Numbered from the stretch's first letter, positions 48,756 through 58,524 are shown. The stretch: DNA of 64,000 bases from Parcubacteria group bacterium (GCA_028286615.1 JAQBRG010000002.1:31235-95234); one strand, 5' to 3'. Translations and numbers: made by a program. The notes: generated from the sequence alone by a model not told the origin.

Positions 48756-49112
48756 TTATGTTATACGGCCGAAGTCGTCTTCAACTCGTTCAATATCGTT
48801 CTCGTCGAACTCCCCACGCGCAATCTCCAAGACTTTGATGCCAGCAGGGCCGCCCGTAAGACGATGAAGGGTATCTACTGGAATCTCAATCCGGTCTCCA
48901 ACGGATACTTCTTTCTCCACGTCTCCAATATGAACGGTGCCGCTACCCTCTATAACTTGCCAAAACTCAGAGCGTCTCGAATGTTTCTGTAGAGAGAATC
49001 GCTTCTCAGGGTGTACCGTCAGAATCTTAACGGTACACGGTTCGTTATGTATGAATTGGTCAAATCCACCCCAGGGACGGTCTTCGTGGTATGTGTCTAG
49101 GTTCATGGCCAT
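48756..49112 (-). CDS. Mannose-6-phosphate isomerase type II (cupin)
   Basis: RPWG, SLQKH..RSEFW, HRL, DIERVEDDFGR. Confidence 0.9.
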   Translation of the reverse strand: MAMNLDTYHEDRPWGGFDQFIHNEPCTVKILTVHPEKRFSLQKHSRRSEFWQVIEGSGTVHIGDVEKEVSVGDRIEIPVDTLHRLTGGPAGIKVLEIARGEFDENDIERVEDDFGRIT

Positions 49113-49177
49113 TTACATACAGCATAGAGCATAAAAGGACATTAAGGGCCTCTTATGCGTGTATAACAAGACATATC

Positions 49178-49678
49178 TTAGTTGCTAAGACAGAATTTGG
49201 CGCTGCCTGGAATAGGACCCTCTGCATGTCCATCAGCACATACGGTTACGCGTGCTGTGGCGAAATCTTGAACGATGGTGTATCCCGTATCGTAGTTTTC
49301 TCCTGAGGCACACGTTGGGGCCGTACATGTGTTAAACCCTTCCTTTGGATCCATAGGCAATTCGCTCATGTATGTAGGCACAAGACATGGCCTAATGTCG
49401 AAGCCGCTTTGCGAATTAGCCATAGGAAGTTTAACTGCGGGTAACGACGCGCAGGAGCCTTTAGGAAAGATACCCCTGTTATCAGCAAGACGCTGACCAA
49501 TACCGTTAAGTATGGCTGCCACGTTCGCTTCACGTTGCGAGTTTCTTGCCTGAGCAAACTGCCTCATGGGATTAATAGACACAATCACAACAGTTGCCAG
49601 AATTGCGAGCATGCCAATAACGACAAGAATTTCGATGAGGGTAAAACCTCGCTGCACAGGGTTGGTAGTAATATGCAT
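49178..49678 (-). CDS. Type IV pilin
   Basis: RG/FTLIEILVVI prepilin site; QARNSQR; ELPMDP; Cys pairs. Confidence 0.9.
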   Translation of the reverse strand: MHITTNPVQRGFTLIEILVVIGMLAILATVVIVSINPMRQFAQARNSQREANVAAILNGIGQRLADNRGIFPKGSCASLPAVKLPMANSQSGFDIRPCLVPTYMSELPMDPKEGFNTCTAPTCASGENYDTGYTIVQDFATARVTVCADGHAEGPIPGSAKFCLSN

Positions 49679-49750
49679 GGAATTATTATTAGTCTGGTAC
49701 GCCTAGAGCATACGCAAACACACCCCTGGTTTCTGCTAGAAAACGATAAA

Positions 49751-50116
49751 TTATTTATGAAATGTGAATTGCCGCTCTACGACTACAGATTCTGATCGCC
49801 CTTGAGTAGCGACAGTATAAGAATCGCCATGCAATTCAACGCTTAAAACACTGCACGTTAGATCTCGGTCAAGCGTTAGAACGTCACCTGATGGAGCTGG
49901 TCTGTAAGAAGGAATTATTTTCAGCTTCCTTTGCACAAGCTCAGCACATGCTATAGCCTGTGCTTTTGCTTGTGTGTGGAGTTCTGCTTCAAAAAGTGTG
50001 AGCCTAAGAGAAATAATCTCTCTAGCTCCTTGAAGAACAAGGACTATAAGCACTGAACTAATGACCAGGATGCTAATTAACGCTGCGTACCCTCGATGTA
50101 GTTTGGTACTCTTCAT
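49751..50116 (-). CDS. Minor pilin, PilX-like
   Basis: RG/YAALISILVI (no E5); A.A.AC.E. Confidence 0.7.
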   Translation of the reverse strand: MKSTKLHRGYAALISILVISSVLIVLVLQGAREIISLRLTLFEAELHTQAKAQAIACAELVQRKLKIIPSYRPAPSGDVLTLDRDLTCSVLSVELHGDSYTVATQGRSESVVVERQFTFHK

Positions 50117-50535
50117 GGCAGATAAAGTCGCGCACTGTATGTTGTCGAGGCAATCGAGAATGAATACTCATAAATTTCAGATATAGATACCTTAAAATCA
50201 GTAACAACAATATTGTTACTATTTAAAGGCATGGCAACTGTATTTTTCTTTAAAATAAAGTCTCCTTCGTCACTATAAAACTTCACTACATCACCCGTGT
50301 TGTTTTGAAGGACTAAGATCTCTGAGGAAGTGTCACCCGTCTGAACAATAAATCCTTGGTCTTCAAACGAAGATATTTTTGCAAGTATAAACAAAGCCTC
50401 TTCCTTGGAGACTATTTCAATATGGTTTTCTTCAGCTGAGCTTTGGACTTGTAAATAGCAAGCAATTAGACCAGAAACCAAGATGCTAAACAGTGCGATG
50501 TATATGAGTGTTTCAAATAAGGTAAATGCACGCAT
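50113..50535 (-). CDS. Minor pilin (PilW/PulJ-like)
   Basis: RA/FTLFETLIYIAL. Confidence 0.8.
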   Translation of the reverse strand: MRAFTLFETLIYIALFSILVSGLIACYLQVQSSAEENHIEIVSKEEALFILAKISSFEDQGFIVQTGDTSSEILVLQNNTGDVVKFYSDEGDFILKKNTVAMPLNSNNIVVTDFKVSISEIYEYSFSIASTTYSARLYLP

Positions 50536-50537
50536 AA

Positions 50538-52007
50538 CTAAGAGCCAGCTATGGCTGTTAAATACCCAAAACCCAAGCTATTCGAAGAGGCTACATATAA
50601 AGTGCCGCCATGACATTTAAGTGCGCTTGCCGTCTGGTTAACCCCAAGAGGCGTCTGATATATCTGTTTGGTGTTAGCGGTGTTATATGTGTCCCATATA
50701 CCAAGCTCGTTCCCGGTAAGAAGAAATGCAAGATCTCCCTGAGACTCAATCCCATACACATTCTTATAGGTGTGTTGGGTGTAGCTATTTCCTAACCCGC
50801 CGTCTGGTTTGAGGTCGAAAGAATAAAATTCAGGCACCGTATCATTTACGTGTGTTCTTACAAAGAGAAGACGATCTCCAGAAATAGCGAGATCTCGAGG
50901 GTATGCGATACCCGGTACTTGAAGTCCTGTTCCAACTTTCTTAATGGATCGTGGGTTGCTAATGTCTAGGACCAGTAAGTCTACGCCAGTATTGCTGTGA
51001 TCTTCCGTAGCGACATATGCATAATTCCCTTGCACAAGAATTGCCTCAACACCAAGTCCTATACGATAGCTTCCAAGTAGAACCAGTCGCGCAGGATTCC
51101 TAGCATCAAGAATATTGAACTCGCTACCTGCTTTTGTCTTTACTAATCCAACGTAGAGTCGATGTTGGTAATAGGTAAGACTTTGAACCGCTGCGCTGCG
51201 CCCGTTCGCATCTATAGCTTTAGGAGTCGAGGATGTCGGGAATTTATAACTGCTAAGGAAAGACGATTTGTTACTCGCACTGAGTTTATAAGTTCTAATC
51301 TGATCACACGAAGATGCTGTTCTGCATGTGACTGCACTAGCGCTTCCGAAGGAGTTTCCTGCGTATGCATATCCATCTCCAATCTCTACAGCGGAAAACC
51401 CAACTGTACTCATCGGTGCATTATCAAAGCTCGCAATTGTTTTCGGAGAAGCTGGGTTTACGAGGTTCACAAAAAAGATAGTCGGATCACTTACCCTTGA
51501 AGTAGACTGAACTGTAATTGCCGCTAAAGTGTCTGAGAAAGCGAGGTCAGTAATTGGATAGGAGCCCTTGGGAGTAACACGAGCACTCGAAACAGCACGA
51601 GCACGAGACCAATCTCCTGTGGGTACGGGATCGCAATCTGAATTAAGATTTTCAGTATTTGTAATTGCTGAACGTACTGATGCAAAGCGTGTCTCACCCA
51701 TACCATCCTCCCAGGAAATTGTGGCCGAGAATTTCTTTGTGGCCCCGTTTGCCGTTGAAGAAGAGGCACCGCTTGTCTCATAAGAACCTATGGTAGTAGT
51801 CCCAATGGTAATTATGTTTGAGAAATTACCCTTTGCTCGTATCCGTGCATCATCAAGCATTTCAGAAACTTGGTCTATTGCAGTACCGCGTAAGGCAATA
51901 TTTTCAAGCATCGTTGGGGTACCAAGCACCACTAACAAAACCGCTACTAGTGTGCTGATACCAATAGCAAACGCAATAAGTATTTCAAGAGTAGAAAAGC
52001 CTCGCAT
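50538..52007 (-). CDS. Large minor pilin with LVIVD-type beta-propeller (putative adhesin)
   Basis: RG/FSTLEILIA; repeats GDGYAYA, QGNYAYVA, LVLDISNP, ILDARNP. Confidence 0.8.
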   Translation of the reverse strand: MRGFSTLEILIAFAIGISTLVAVLLVVLGTPTMLENIALRGTAIDQVSEMLDDARIRAKGNFSNIITIGTTTIGSYETSGASSSTANGATKKFSATISWEDGMGETRFASVRSAITNTENLNSDCDPVPTGDWSRARAVSSARVTPKGSYPITDLAFSDTLAAITVQSTSRVSDPTIFFVNLVNPASPKTIASFDNAPMSTVGFSAVEIGDGYAYAGNSFGSASAVTCRTASSCDQIRTYKLSASNKSSFLSSYKFPTSSTPKAIDANGRSAAVQSLTYYQHRLYVGLVKTKAGSEFNILDARNPARLVLLGSYRIGLGVEAILVQGNYAYVATEDHSNTGVDLLVLDISNPRSIKKVGTGLQVPGIAYPRDLAISGDRLLFVRTHVNDTVPEFYSFDLKPDGGLGNSYTQHTYKNVYGIESQGDLAFLLTGNELGIWDTYNTANTKQIYQTPLGVNQTASALKCHGGTLYVASSNSLGFGYLTAIAGS

Positions 52008-52018
52008 ATAAGTAGAAG

Positions 52019-52462
52019 TTATTCATTGACGCGGATGCCGCCTTCAGAATTTATAAATATGGTATCCATATGATCTGGATATACGAGATGCATTGAGCCC
52101 GGATTTAAGACCCCACCATCTTGTGCACTGAATACGATCTCGGTTAGGCCTTCCACGTGAAAATCTTGTTCTTGATTTACACGCTCCCCATCGTTTGTAC
52201 GGTCTACATACGAGGAGCCTTCAAATCGAACGAAAGAATTATTTATGTAGATAACCCCGTGAGAGGGAGGGTGTGCGCATGATTCAGCACACGCACCCTG
52301 AAGCGTGTCTGCGCGGGCACGTCGGAGCATCTCCACCACTATTTCTGTCTCGTTACGGTTCTGTGCACGGGTAAGGCTCGTAACTTCAACAACACTCATC
52401 ACTAAGCCAATAGAAACCAGAGCAAGCACTATAAGAGTCTCGAATATTGTGAAGCCCCTCAT
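52019..52462 (-). CDS. Minor pilin (FimT/GspH-like)
   Basis: RG/FTIFETLIVL, LRRAR, C-terminal INSEG. Confidence 0.8.
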   Translation of the reverse strand: MRGFTIFETLIVLALVSIGLVMSVVEVTSLTRAQNRNETEIVVEMLRRARADTLQGACAESCAHPPSHGVIYINNSFVRFEGSSYVDRTNDGERVNQEQDFHVEGLTEIVFSAQDGGVLNPGSMHLVYPDHMDTIFINSEGGIRVNE

Positions 52463-52464
52463 AG

Positions 52465-53538
52465 TTAACGGATGCCTACATCCTGAGTTATCTGGTACAC
52501 AGGCGTAATGATTGCTAAAGCAATGAAGCCAACCATAAGACCGATGACAATCATCAATACCGGCTCAATGAGAGTCGCAAGATCTTTTGAAAGCTGCTCC
52601 AGCTCCTCCTCATACATACGTTCGATAATCGAGAGGCTTTGATGGAGCGTGCCAGTTGCCTCTCCTGTTGAAAGCAGTTGTATGCAAGAAAGGGGAATCA
52701 GACGAGTCTGAGACTTGAATGCGTCTGAAATTTTCCCTCCTGCTCGCACTGTCTGCACAGCTTGTATGAGAACTTCTCTGTACAACAAAGAAGGGCTCGC
52801 TTCCGCAGCAAGGGCGAGCGCTGGCATGAGTTGTACACGATTAGCGACTAACGTGGATAGGACATGACCCAAAGACGTTAAGGCATGTGCCTTAAACACA
52901 CGCCCAAGAAGTGGAATGGCGTAAAGAAATTTCTCACGAGCACGTTGTATGTGCTCGTATCGCTGTGCCCACCAAAACACCGAGATAAGAATTATTATTC
53001 CCATAAACACATACAGCCCATAATCCGACGTGAAGTTGCTCACCTTAATAAGTAATCGAGTTGAAAAGGGAAGCTCTGATTTGAAGCCTTCGAACAGAGG
53101 AACTATTTTTGGAAACGCGTAGGTAGTTAGCATTATGCAGATTCCAATGGTTGATATCACAATAATGCCAGGATATATAAGAGCACTTAACGCCTTTTGA
53201 CGTACTGTACGTTGTTTCTTTAGTGTTAAGCCTGCGTGCTCAAGGCTATCCGCAAGAGTGCCACTACTCTCTCCCATGCGAATAAGGGTTATGGTGAAGT
53301 GATCAAAATGTCGCGGAAATTCGTTGAGTGCATCCGCGAGCGCTCGTCCAGCGGACACAGCCTTAGCAAGTGAGGTAATGATAAAGACAGTTCCTTTATT
53401 TCTTTCTGTCTCTTGCATAAAGTCGAGTGCAGTAAGAAGCGGCATGCCAGATGCGAGGAATGTTGAAAGCTGGCGCGCGAAGAGAATGCGTTCCTGAGCC
53501 CCAAACATAAGGAAAAGAGGTCTCTCGTTATTGCGCAT
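52465..53538 (-). CDS. pilC: Type IV pilus platform protein (PilC/GspF)
   Basis: FARQLSTFLASG, GESSGTL, YPGI, GEATGTL, LIEP. Confidence 0.93.
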   Translation of the reverse strand: MRNNERPLFLMFGAQERILFARQLSTFLASGMPLLTALDFMQETERNKGTVFIITSLAKAVSAGRALADALNEFPRHFDHFTITLIRMGESSGTLADSLEHAGLTLKKQRTVRQKALSALIYPGIIVISTIGICIMLTTYAFPKIVPLFEGFKSELPFSTRLLIKVSNFTSDYGLYVFMGIIILISVFWWAQRYEHIQRAREKFLYAIPLLGRVFKAHALTSLGHVLSTLVANRVQLMPALALAAEASPSLLYREVLIQAVQTVRAGGKISDAFKSQTRLIPLSCIQLLSTGEATGTLHQSLSIIERMYEEELEQLSKDLATLIEPVLMIVIGLMVGFIALAIITPVYQITQDVGIR

Positions 53539-54769
53539 GGCAGACTCGTAAGACCTCAGAGAGGGTGGTAATACCGCTTGCCGCTTTTCGTATTCCGTCG
53601 AGCATCAGTGAGTGCAAACCTAACGGCGTACCTATACTCCCTCCAAATATATCTTCAGGATCACCAAACAAGACCTCGGGAACTAAGTCACGAGGCTCGA
53701 CCACCTCGTAAAGCCCAACTCGTCCCTTAAAGCCATTTGCGCAGGACGCACACCCAACCCCTTTAAAGAGTTTCTGAGGAATCCTCTCATTTGCAGGCAG
53801 CATCTCAGAAAGCAGGTGTTGTTCATTTAACGACGGAGTATGTTCAACTTTGCATTCTGCACATATACGACGTACTAGTCTTTGGGCAATAATCAGTCTG
53901 ACTGTAGAGGCAAGGAGATAGGGCTCAACCCCAAGATCGAGAAGACGAGGAATCGAGGTGAGCGCATCAGTAGCATGTAGCGTCGACAAGACCAGGTGCC
54001 CTGTAAGAGCAGCGTTTATGGCCAGTCCGGCGGTCTCCCTATCTCGTATCTCTCCAACAATGAGCACATCTGGATCCTGCCGAAGAATTGCACGTAGGCC
54101 AGTTGAGAAGGTTAATCCTGCGCTGTGATTAGTTTCAATTTGGCGTACACCAGGAAGAGAATACTCGATAGGGTCTTCAATCGATACTAGAGAACGGTCA
54201 GGAATATTAAGTATTTTCGCAAACGTATAAAGTGATGACGTTTTTCCGCTGCCTGTAGGGCCTGTAACAAGAATGAGGCCGTGTGGGTGAGTAAGGGTGT
54301 TTTCTATCTTTACGCGATGCTCATCCATAAAACCAAGACCTTCAAGAGTCATGGACTCTGATCGAGGAGAAAGAAGACGTAGAACAACGTTGCCGCCATG
54401 ATACGTAGGCATAATTGATACTCGGATATCGAGCCAGTCGTGAGAAGACAGAGCAAATCTAAATCGGCCGTCCTGAGGAAGCTGGTGCTCATCCGTTCGT
54501 AACCCAGCTAACACACGAACTCGTGAAAGAAGCTCTGCGTGTATCTTTTGCGGGAACTTGTAGCGTTCTTCAAGAATTCCGTCACAACGGAATCGTATTC
54601 TTACTGATTCTCCCTCGGGGTCCATGTGTAGATCAGAGGTTCCAGCAACTTGTGCCTCACCGATCAAAGCATCTAAAAGAGCTATTACTGAAAGTCGATC
54701 ACCATTTGAAAGTTCTCTGTTAACTGCTGTATTTTTTTGACGACTCTTACGTGTTGTTTGTTCTGGCAT
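53528..54769 (-). CDS. pilB: Type IV pilus assembly ATPase (PilB/GspE), short form
   Basis: SDLH, PQDGR, GPTGSGKT, EDPIEY, RQDPDV..GEIRD, TGHLVLSTLH, Cys4. Confidence 0.93.
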   Translation of the reverse strand: MPEQTTRKSRQKNTAVNRELSNGDRLSVIALLDALIGEAQVAGTSDLHMDPEGESVRIRFRCDGILEERYKFPQKIHAELLSRVRVLAGLRTDEHQLPQDGRFRFALSSHDWLDIRVSIMPTYHGGNVVLRLLSPRSESMTLEGLGFMDEHRVKIENTLTHPHGLILVTGPTGSGKTSSLYTFAKILNIPDRSLVSIEDPIEYSLPGVRQIETNHSAGLTFSTGLRAILRQDPDVLIVGEIRDRETAGLAINAALTGHLVLSTLHATDALTSIPRLLDLGVEPYLLASTVRLIIAQRLVRRICAECKVEHTPSLNEQHLLSEMLPANERIPQKLFKGVGCASCANGFKGRVGLYEVVEPRDLVPEVLFGDPEDIFGGSIGTPLGLHSLMLDGIRKAASGITTLSEVLRVCHAQ

Positions 54770-54832
54770 GGATAGGAGAGTACCCTATGCCGATTAAATC
54801 CATTTAAGATTCTCTTAAGATAAAACTGAATC

Positions 54833-55141
54833 CTATGTATCTTCTGCCTTTCGACCCCATCGCCAAACAGGACGTTCACCGTATCGATAGCAAATTCGTA
54901 TAAGTCCGAACGTTAAGAACGCAATCCAGGCTATAAATTCAAGGATACTGAAAAGATTGTTGCGTAAGTCAGCACCCCCTGTCTCTGTGGTCGTCCCAAG
55001 CCAGCCCATGAACAGGATTACAGATCCTGCATACAGAAAACCAAAGATGAGAGTAATGAGCCAACCTTGCCAGGTAACGGGTACCCAACCCCAACCGTAA
55101 TCTTTAGCACGAAACCATAGTCTTTTCTGCGATTTCTTCAT
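54833..55141 (-). CDS. Small 2-TM membrane protein
   Basis: WFRAKDYGWGWVPVTWQGW and GERPVWRWG motifs. Confidence 0.75.
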   Translation of the reverse strand: MKKSQKRLWFRAKDYGWGWVPVTWQGWLITLIFGFLYAGSVILFMGWLGTTTETGGADLRNNLFSILEFIAWIAFLTFGLIRICYRYGERPVWRWGRKAEDT

Positions 55142-55275
55142 GCGCTTATCGTAACATCTTGCATTACTAATTTTTTGTACTACACTCTATACAAATCTAC
55201 TCTTAATATCTGTAAAATGATCTTGAGAGGAAGATGCAATGAGCTTCGGCCTACCCCTTAGGGGGTTAAATGGAA

Positions 55276-55683
55276 TTAGCTGCCAAAGAGTCTTTCTCTG
55301 GCAGCTTTTTTCGCTGCCTCGAATTCAGAATCAGAAAGTGTATGCATTTTCCACTTGAGACGTTTTGAGCTCACAGGTCTAGTTTGCGACAAAATTGCGG
55401 CCGCTTCTGTTTCTCTTACTTCTCCTAGTGGATAGTAGAAAACAGAATCCTTAATCTGTGAACTTAGCGGGATACCAATAAACAGGTTCTTATTAAACTT
55501 TCTTACAATTAAGATAGGTCTTAAGAAATCACCACCGCTACCGTTCTCCTCATGGCCTACATTCTTGCCTAAGTGACAAAGCCAGACCTCTTTGACCCGA
55601 AAGCGCGGAATATCTGACGGCAATCTCGAATCAATTTGTTTCTTTAATAAATGCCACCTATCTAGATCTTCTTGTTTTGACAT
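55276..55683 (-). CDS. PemK/MazF-family endoribonuclease, no adjacent cognate antitoxin gene
   Basis: EVWLCHLGKNVGHEENG...RPILIVRKF...GIPLSS, LSQ...SSKRL. Confidence 0.85.
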   Translation of the reverse strand: MSKQEDLDRWHLLKKQIDSRLPSDIPRFRVKEVWLCHLGKNVGHEENGSGGDFLRPILIVRKFNKNLFIGIPLSSQIKDSVFYYPLGEVRETEAAAILSQTRPVSSKRLKWKMHTLSDSEFEAAKKAARERLFGS

Positions 55684-55736
55684 GGGCAGATTATGCCCTT
55701 TTGAGTTAAGAGAATTATGACGAGAGCTCCAAGCAA

Positions 55737-56000
55737 TTACATGTCATACACCGAATGGTCTCCAATCGAGAGAAATATGGCTGATTGGTCTTGTGTCTCC
55801 CATATAAAGATAATGCGAAAGCGATAATTTACGGAAAAGCTTAAACGTCCCTGAAGTTTTCCTTTGAGCTTATGTACCTTGAGAAGGGAGTGTTGCTTAA
55901 TATTCCGGAATAACTCTATCTTTTGGAAGACCTCCTCCTGGAGAGCTTTTGGAAGCTTCTTAAACTGACGCTTGAACTGCGGAGCGTAGGATACTTTCAT
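55737..56000 (-). CDS. RelE/YoeB-like toxin
   Basis: FKRQFKKL, LKVHKLKGKL, SFSVNYRFRIIF, IGDHSVY. Confidence 0.88.
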   Translation of the reverse strand: MKVSYAPQFKRQFKKLPKALQEEVFQKIELFRNIKQHSLLKVHKLKGKLQGRLSFSVNYRFRIIFIWETQDQSAIFLSIGDHSVYDM

Positions 56001-56003
56001 GAG

Positions 56004-56225
56004 TTATTCTCCAAGAAGTATTTTTCTAGCATCGTCTCCACGTAGAATCTTGCCGCTTGCTACTTCACGTTCGGCTCGAAGGACAGCCTCAATGGCTTCT
56101 TCCTCAGCAAACCAGGCAAGTGCGCGACGCATCACGTCAGCTTTGTTAGAGCCAGCCCCATTTGCCACAAGGGCGTCTAGACTTTCCTGAAGCTCAGCTG
56201 TTAGGGGTACAGATATTGTAGCCAT
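56004..56225 (-). CDS. Ribbon-helix-helix antitoxin
   Basis: TISVPL...NKADVMRRAL, acidic C-terminus; directly upstream of the RelE gene. Confidence 0.82.
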   Translation of the reverse strand: MATISVPLTAELQESLDALVANGAGSNKADVMRRALAWFAEEEAIEAVLRAEREVASGKILRGDDARKILLGE

Positions 56226-56415
56226 ATTTTGTCTTATAAATTAATATGATTATATATTACTCCCAATTCAGCCTAAATCAAGGGGTTTGCGGTGACGAGC
56301 TACTTGAATTTTAAGGGAAATAATGGGTGATTTAGTGAGCAAATAAGCCATATTATATCCTTGACAACCCAAACACCATTTGAGTCTAGATACGTCAAAA
56401 CAGAACACCAGCCCT

Positions 56416-56444
56416 TGACAGGTATGTCAATAGGTGCTAGTATA
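56416..56444 (+). promoter_or_regulatory. Promoter with palindrome over the -35 box
   Basis: TTGACA-ggta-TGTCAA; TTGACA-17-TAGTAT. Confidence 0.5.
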
Positions 56445-56478
56445 GCTCTACGAGTTCGTCTTCGGACGTCTCGTATAT

Positions 56479-57096
56479 ATGCCTTTTATTGCAATAGCCC
56501 TTATGGGCTTTTTCCTTTTGCCAGGTAGCGCAGGAACGCCCGCGCATGCAGAAATGACGCAAGTCACTGCAGCGCCCGCACCTGAGATCGTTGCTCCGGA
56601 GCTTACCCATAACAAGGTGGCCACCGCGCATGAATCAGGTCCTACGCTTACTGTGCATATGACGTCGTACAACGCTGTGCCTGAGCAGACAGACGGAGAT
56701 CCGTTTACTGCAGCCAGCGGGATGTTCTCGAACCCCGAGATCATCGCGGCACGATCACAGGACCTCGCGGCAGAGTTGCCGTTCGGTACTGTAGTCAAAA
56801 TAGAGCGCACTGCGAAGGACACTCCGTCCTGCCGCTTTAGCGAAGTTGAACACCTTATCGGGTACCGCGTGATTGGAGACACCATGAACGCGCGTATGAC
56901 TAACAAAATCGACGTGCTGTTTGACCCAACCGATACGGTTATGGTTAACGGCAAGGCGATGAACCCTAGTCGTGTGCTCGGTGTGTGTCAGGGAGTGTCA
57001 GTAACGGTGGTTGGCCATGTTAACCCCAAGAACGCACCTCAGACCCAGGCCGAACTCGTAACAATGTTCAGCGATGCTTCACTTGCAATGCGCTAA
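56479..57096 (+). CDS. Secreted 3D-domain-like (lytic transglycosylase-like) protein
   Basis: Signal peptide; TSYN..PEQTDGDPF.AASG, AARS, LPFGT, DTMN.R...IDV. Confidence 0.7.
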   Translation: MPFIAIALMGFFLLPGSAGTPAHAEMTQVTAAPAPEIVAPELTHNKVATAHESGPTLTVHMTSYNAVPEQTDGDPFTAASGMFSNPEIIAARSQDLAAELPFGTVVKIERTAKDTPSCRFSEVEHLIGYRVIGDTMNARMTNKIDVLFDPTDTVMVNGKAMNPSRVLGVCQGVSVTVVGHVNPKNAPQTQAELVTMFSDASLAMR

Positions 57097-57127
57097 TTTA
57101 ATGCACATGGGCAATGAAGCCCTCACG

Positions 57128-57154
57128 CAAAACCCGCCTTCCGGCGGGTTTTGC
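57128..57154 (+). terminator. Intrinsic terminator
   Basis: gcaaaacccgc-cttccg-gcgggttttgc. Confidence 0.75.
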
Positions 57155-57175
57155 TGTTTGGTATACTAGACAACT

Positions 57176-58447
57176 ATGAACAGATCTTTCCTTACATTTT
57201 CCAAATTCGTTGTGCTGGGTAGCCTCATGCTTGCTGTTGCAGCAGCGCCTCTTTCAACATACGCCGCAAGCTCGTCTAAAAGTTCTAAAACGAGCAACAG
57301 TTCTTCGTTTGAAGTATCCGGATGGATACCGTACTGGCGTGCTGACGCAGGAACGAATGATGCTAACTCGCATCTCAGTCAGTTAACTGAGATAAATCCT
57401 TTCGGCTACATCGTTAAATCGGATGGAAGCCTTAACGATGCCATGAACGTAAATAGCTCTACGTGGCAGAAGCTTATTAAGAACGCAAAGAAGAAGGGAG
57501 TACGCGTCGTACCAACCCTTATGTGGAGCGATACTGCTTCCATTCACGCTATTCTCTCAGATCCTCAGAAACGCGCGGCGCACATAAAGAATATTGTCGC
57601 AGCGGTTGAGAAGAACAACTTTGACGGTGTAGACATAGACTACGAGGGAAAGAAAGCAGAGACCCGCACCTACTACTCCGCCTTTCTCAAAGAGCTTTCT
57701 GTAGCATTAGCAAAGGAGAAGACCAAGAAAACGCTCGCCTGTACTATCGAAGCACGCATGCCTCTTGAGGCACGCTTCGCTGGCACACCACCCGCAAATA
57801 TAGAGTACGCGAACGATCTTCCTGAGATAAACAAGTACTGCGACAGAGTACGTATCATGACCTACGACCAACAGACCGCAGACCTCCAGTTAAATGCAGT
57901 CGCACGCGCTGCTGGCGAGATCTACGCGCCTGTTGCAGACACGGCATGGGTTGAGAAGGTGGTGAACTATATGGCTCGGGATATAGACAAGAAGAAGATG
58001 GTTATCGGCATCGCAACCTATGGCTACATCTATCAGGTAATGCCATTCACTACAGGTAACGGTTTTGACTACACCAAGATAGAGGCATTCAATCCGCAGT
58101 ACGCTGTAGACCTCGCAAAGGAATACAACATAACGCCAACACGTAACCGTGCAGGGGAACTCTCGTTCTCTTACGTACCAAAGAACACGCCGGCGGCCCT
58201 TCCTTCTCAGAGCTTCCTTGAAGCACTTGCACCCAAGGGCACTGCATCAGGAGATCTTGCCGCTGCAGGAGCCCTTGCCCTTGCTAAGAAGCAGAAGCGC
58301 CAAGCACCTGTGCAGTACCTAACATGGAGCGATGACGGTGCTATCAAGCAGAAAGTAGATCTGGCAAAGAGGCTCGGGCTCAAGGGTGTAGCCGTCTTCA
58401 AGTTCGATGGCGGGGAAGATCCTGATATGTGGAGCGTACTCAAATAA
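57176..58447 (+). CDS. Secreted GH18 glycosyl hydrolase
   Basis: Signal peptide; FDGVDIDYE, IMTYD, LKGVAVF. Confidence 0.9.
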   Translation: MNRSFLTFSKFVVLGSLMLAVAAAPLSTYAASSSKSSKTSNSSSFEVSGWIPYWRADAGTNDANSHLSQLTEINPFGYIVKSDGSLNDAMNVNSSTWQKLIKNAKKKGVRVVPTLMWSDTASIHAILSDPQKRAAHIKNIVAAVEKNNFDGVDIDYEGKKAETRTYYSAFLKELSVALAKEKTKKTLACTIEARMPLEARFAGTPPANIEYANDLPEINKYCDRVRIMTYDQQTADLQLNAVARAAGEIYAPVADTAWVEKVVNYMARDIDKKKMVIGIATYGYIYQVMPFTTGNGFDYTKIEAFNPQYAVDLAKEYNITPTRNRAGELSFSYVPKNTPAALPSQSFLEALAPKGTASGDLAAAGALALAKKQKRQAPVQYLTWSDDGAIKQKVDLAKRLGLKGVAVFKFDGGEDPDMWSVLK

Positions 58448-58524
58448 AGTATTCTCACGCGCTCCCACCGTGATTTTATGAGGAATTCACCCGGCCTTCA
58501 GCCGGGTTTCCTTATAAATAAGGC

